From the human T2T-CHM13v2.0 reference genome, Homo sapiens: DNA of 64,000 nucleotides. The notes beneath the pieces were generated by a model that saw only the letters and a list, made by a program, of their open reading frames with translations, ran no database searches and was not told the DNA's origin. This document shows, in pieces, positions 63,051 through 64,000 of this stretch. The position numbers and the translations under genes are program-made. Positions within the stretch are counted from its first letter, which is position 1. Each line of letters begins with the position of its first letter. The stretch lies in NCBI RefSeq assembly GCF_009914755.1, contig NC_060925.1; one strand, 5' to 3'.

Positions 63051-64000
63051 AGATGAAATAAATCAACTTTCTAATCCAATCCCTGCAGTGTTTATATGAC
63101 TTTTTTGGGGCCTCTTGTTACGTTGAAAACCCCTGTTCATAACAGATTAGAATTAGGCTTATTATTGCTTAATCCTAACTAGGTTCCTAGACTGCCAGTG
63201 CTTATGTGAACATTCTAGGATACTGCTAATTCTAGTTGACATTACCTTAACAAATTCTGGGGAGTCATCTTTCTGATAGTGGAACAAAGATCCTATTTAA
63301 TTAACCACATTGCCTCTACCTTAAATAAGCCCACTTTTTCTAATTTGATCCTCTGTCAATCATCTTCACAAAGGTAAGGAAGATGAAGGCCAGAAAGGGA
63401 AAGGAGGAGAAAGAAAGGAAAAAACCCTTGTAAAACTTGGTAGTACTAAGTCTTCTCTCAATAAAAGCATCTACTTCCTTTAACCTTTACCTGGAACCTC
63501 TATTACTTGCACTTTTTGCTTTTTGATCTTCTTTTCATTAAACAAGACAATAACAAGAAGGGCAACAACAACAAAATCATGGGGGTATTACTTGATCTGA
63601 ATTACAATATTAGCTCTTAAACTCAAAAACAAAATCTGCTGAAGTATTTATGGAAGTATGCTCTGTTTGTTATTTAGACCCTCTTTGTAATAATTTCACT
63701 TATTAAACTTCCAGTGGGGCCATGTTTTATTCTTTGATTCGGGAGATTGCCGGATCATCTTTTAGGATCACTAACTAAAGAAAATGGAATAGCTCCATAT
63801 ATATTTGTCTCCTTGAAAACATCAGAGTATTAAGGCAAATACTGCTGCTGCCTATAGCCCAAGTTGCCCCTGACTCACTGTAGTATCTCTGGGAAGGTAC
63901 TTGCCCTCATTTTCCTTCAGCATCTCTACCTGCAAAACAAAAAAATATTAGAACCACCCCTACTTCACTGGACTGTGGAAGAAAAGTAGAGCAAAGTGTT

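Overview
Primate (human-like) genomic DNA, AT-rich and dense in interspersed repeats (Alu, L1PA/L1M, L2, MIR, MaLR/ERVL LTRs, Tigger/hAT MITEs). The only gene signal is a CpG-rich promoter (~8.6-9.9 kb) followed by a 5' UTR and a 10-nt first coding segment (GCCACC-ATG ATG GAA G|GTAGGA, 9944-9953). I recognise this from memory as the start of SGIP1 (N-terminus MMEGLKKR...). Everything after 9953 looks like the start of a very large first coding intron; I found no further coding exon, and the long ORFs in the track are repeat-derived or spurious. I found no convincing new multi-gene system. The most notable observations are: (i) a 60-bp inverted repeat at ~34 kb enclosing a copy of sequence from 2.5 kb downstream, which looks like a template-switch scar and could fold into a long pre-mRNA stem; (ii) several other short, locally templated duplications; (iii) a uORF-rich 5' leader whose uORF content depends on first-exon choice; (iv) a tailless 5S rRNA retrocopy; (v) a twin-primed L1PA with an in-frame internal deletion. 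Repeat subfamily names and boundaries are from recalled consensus sequences and are approximate.
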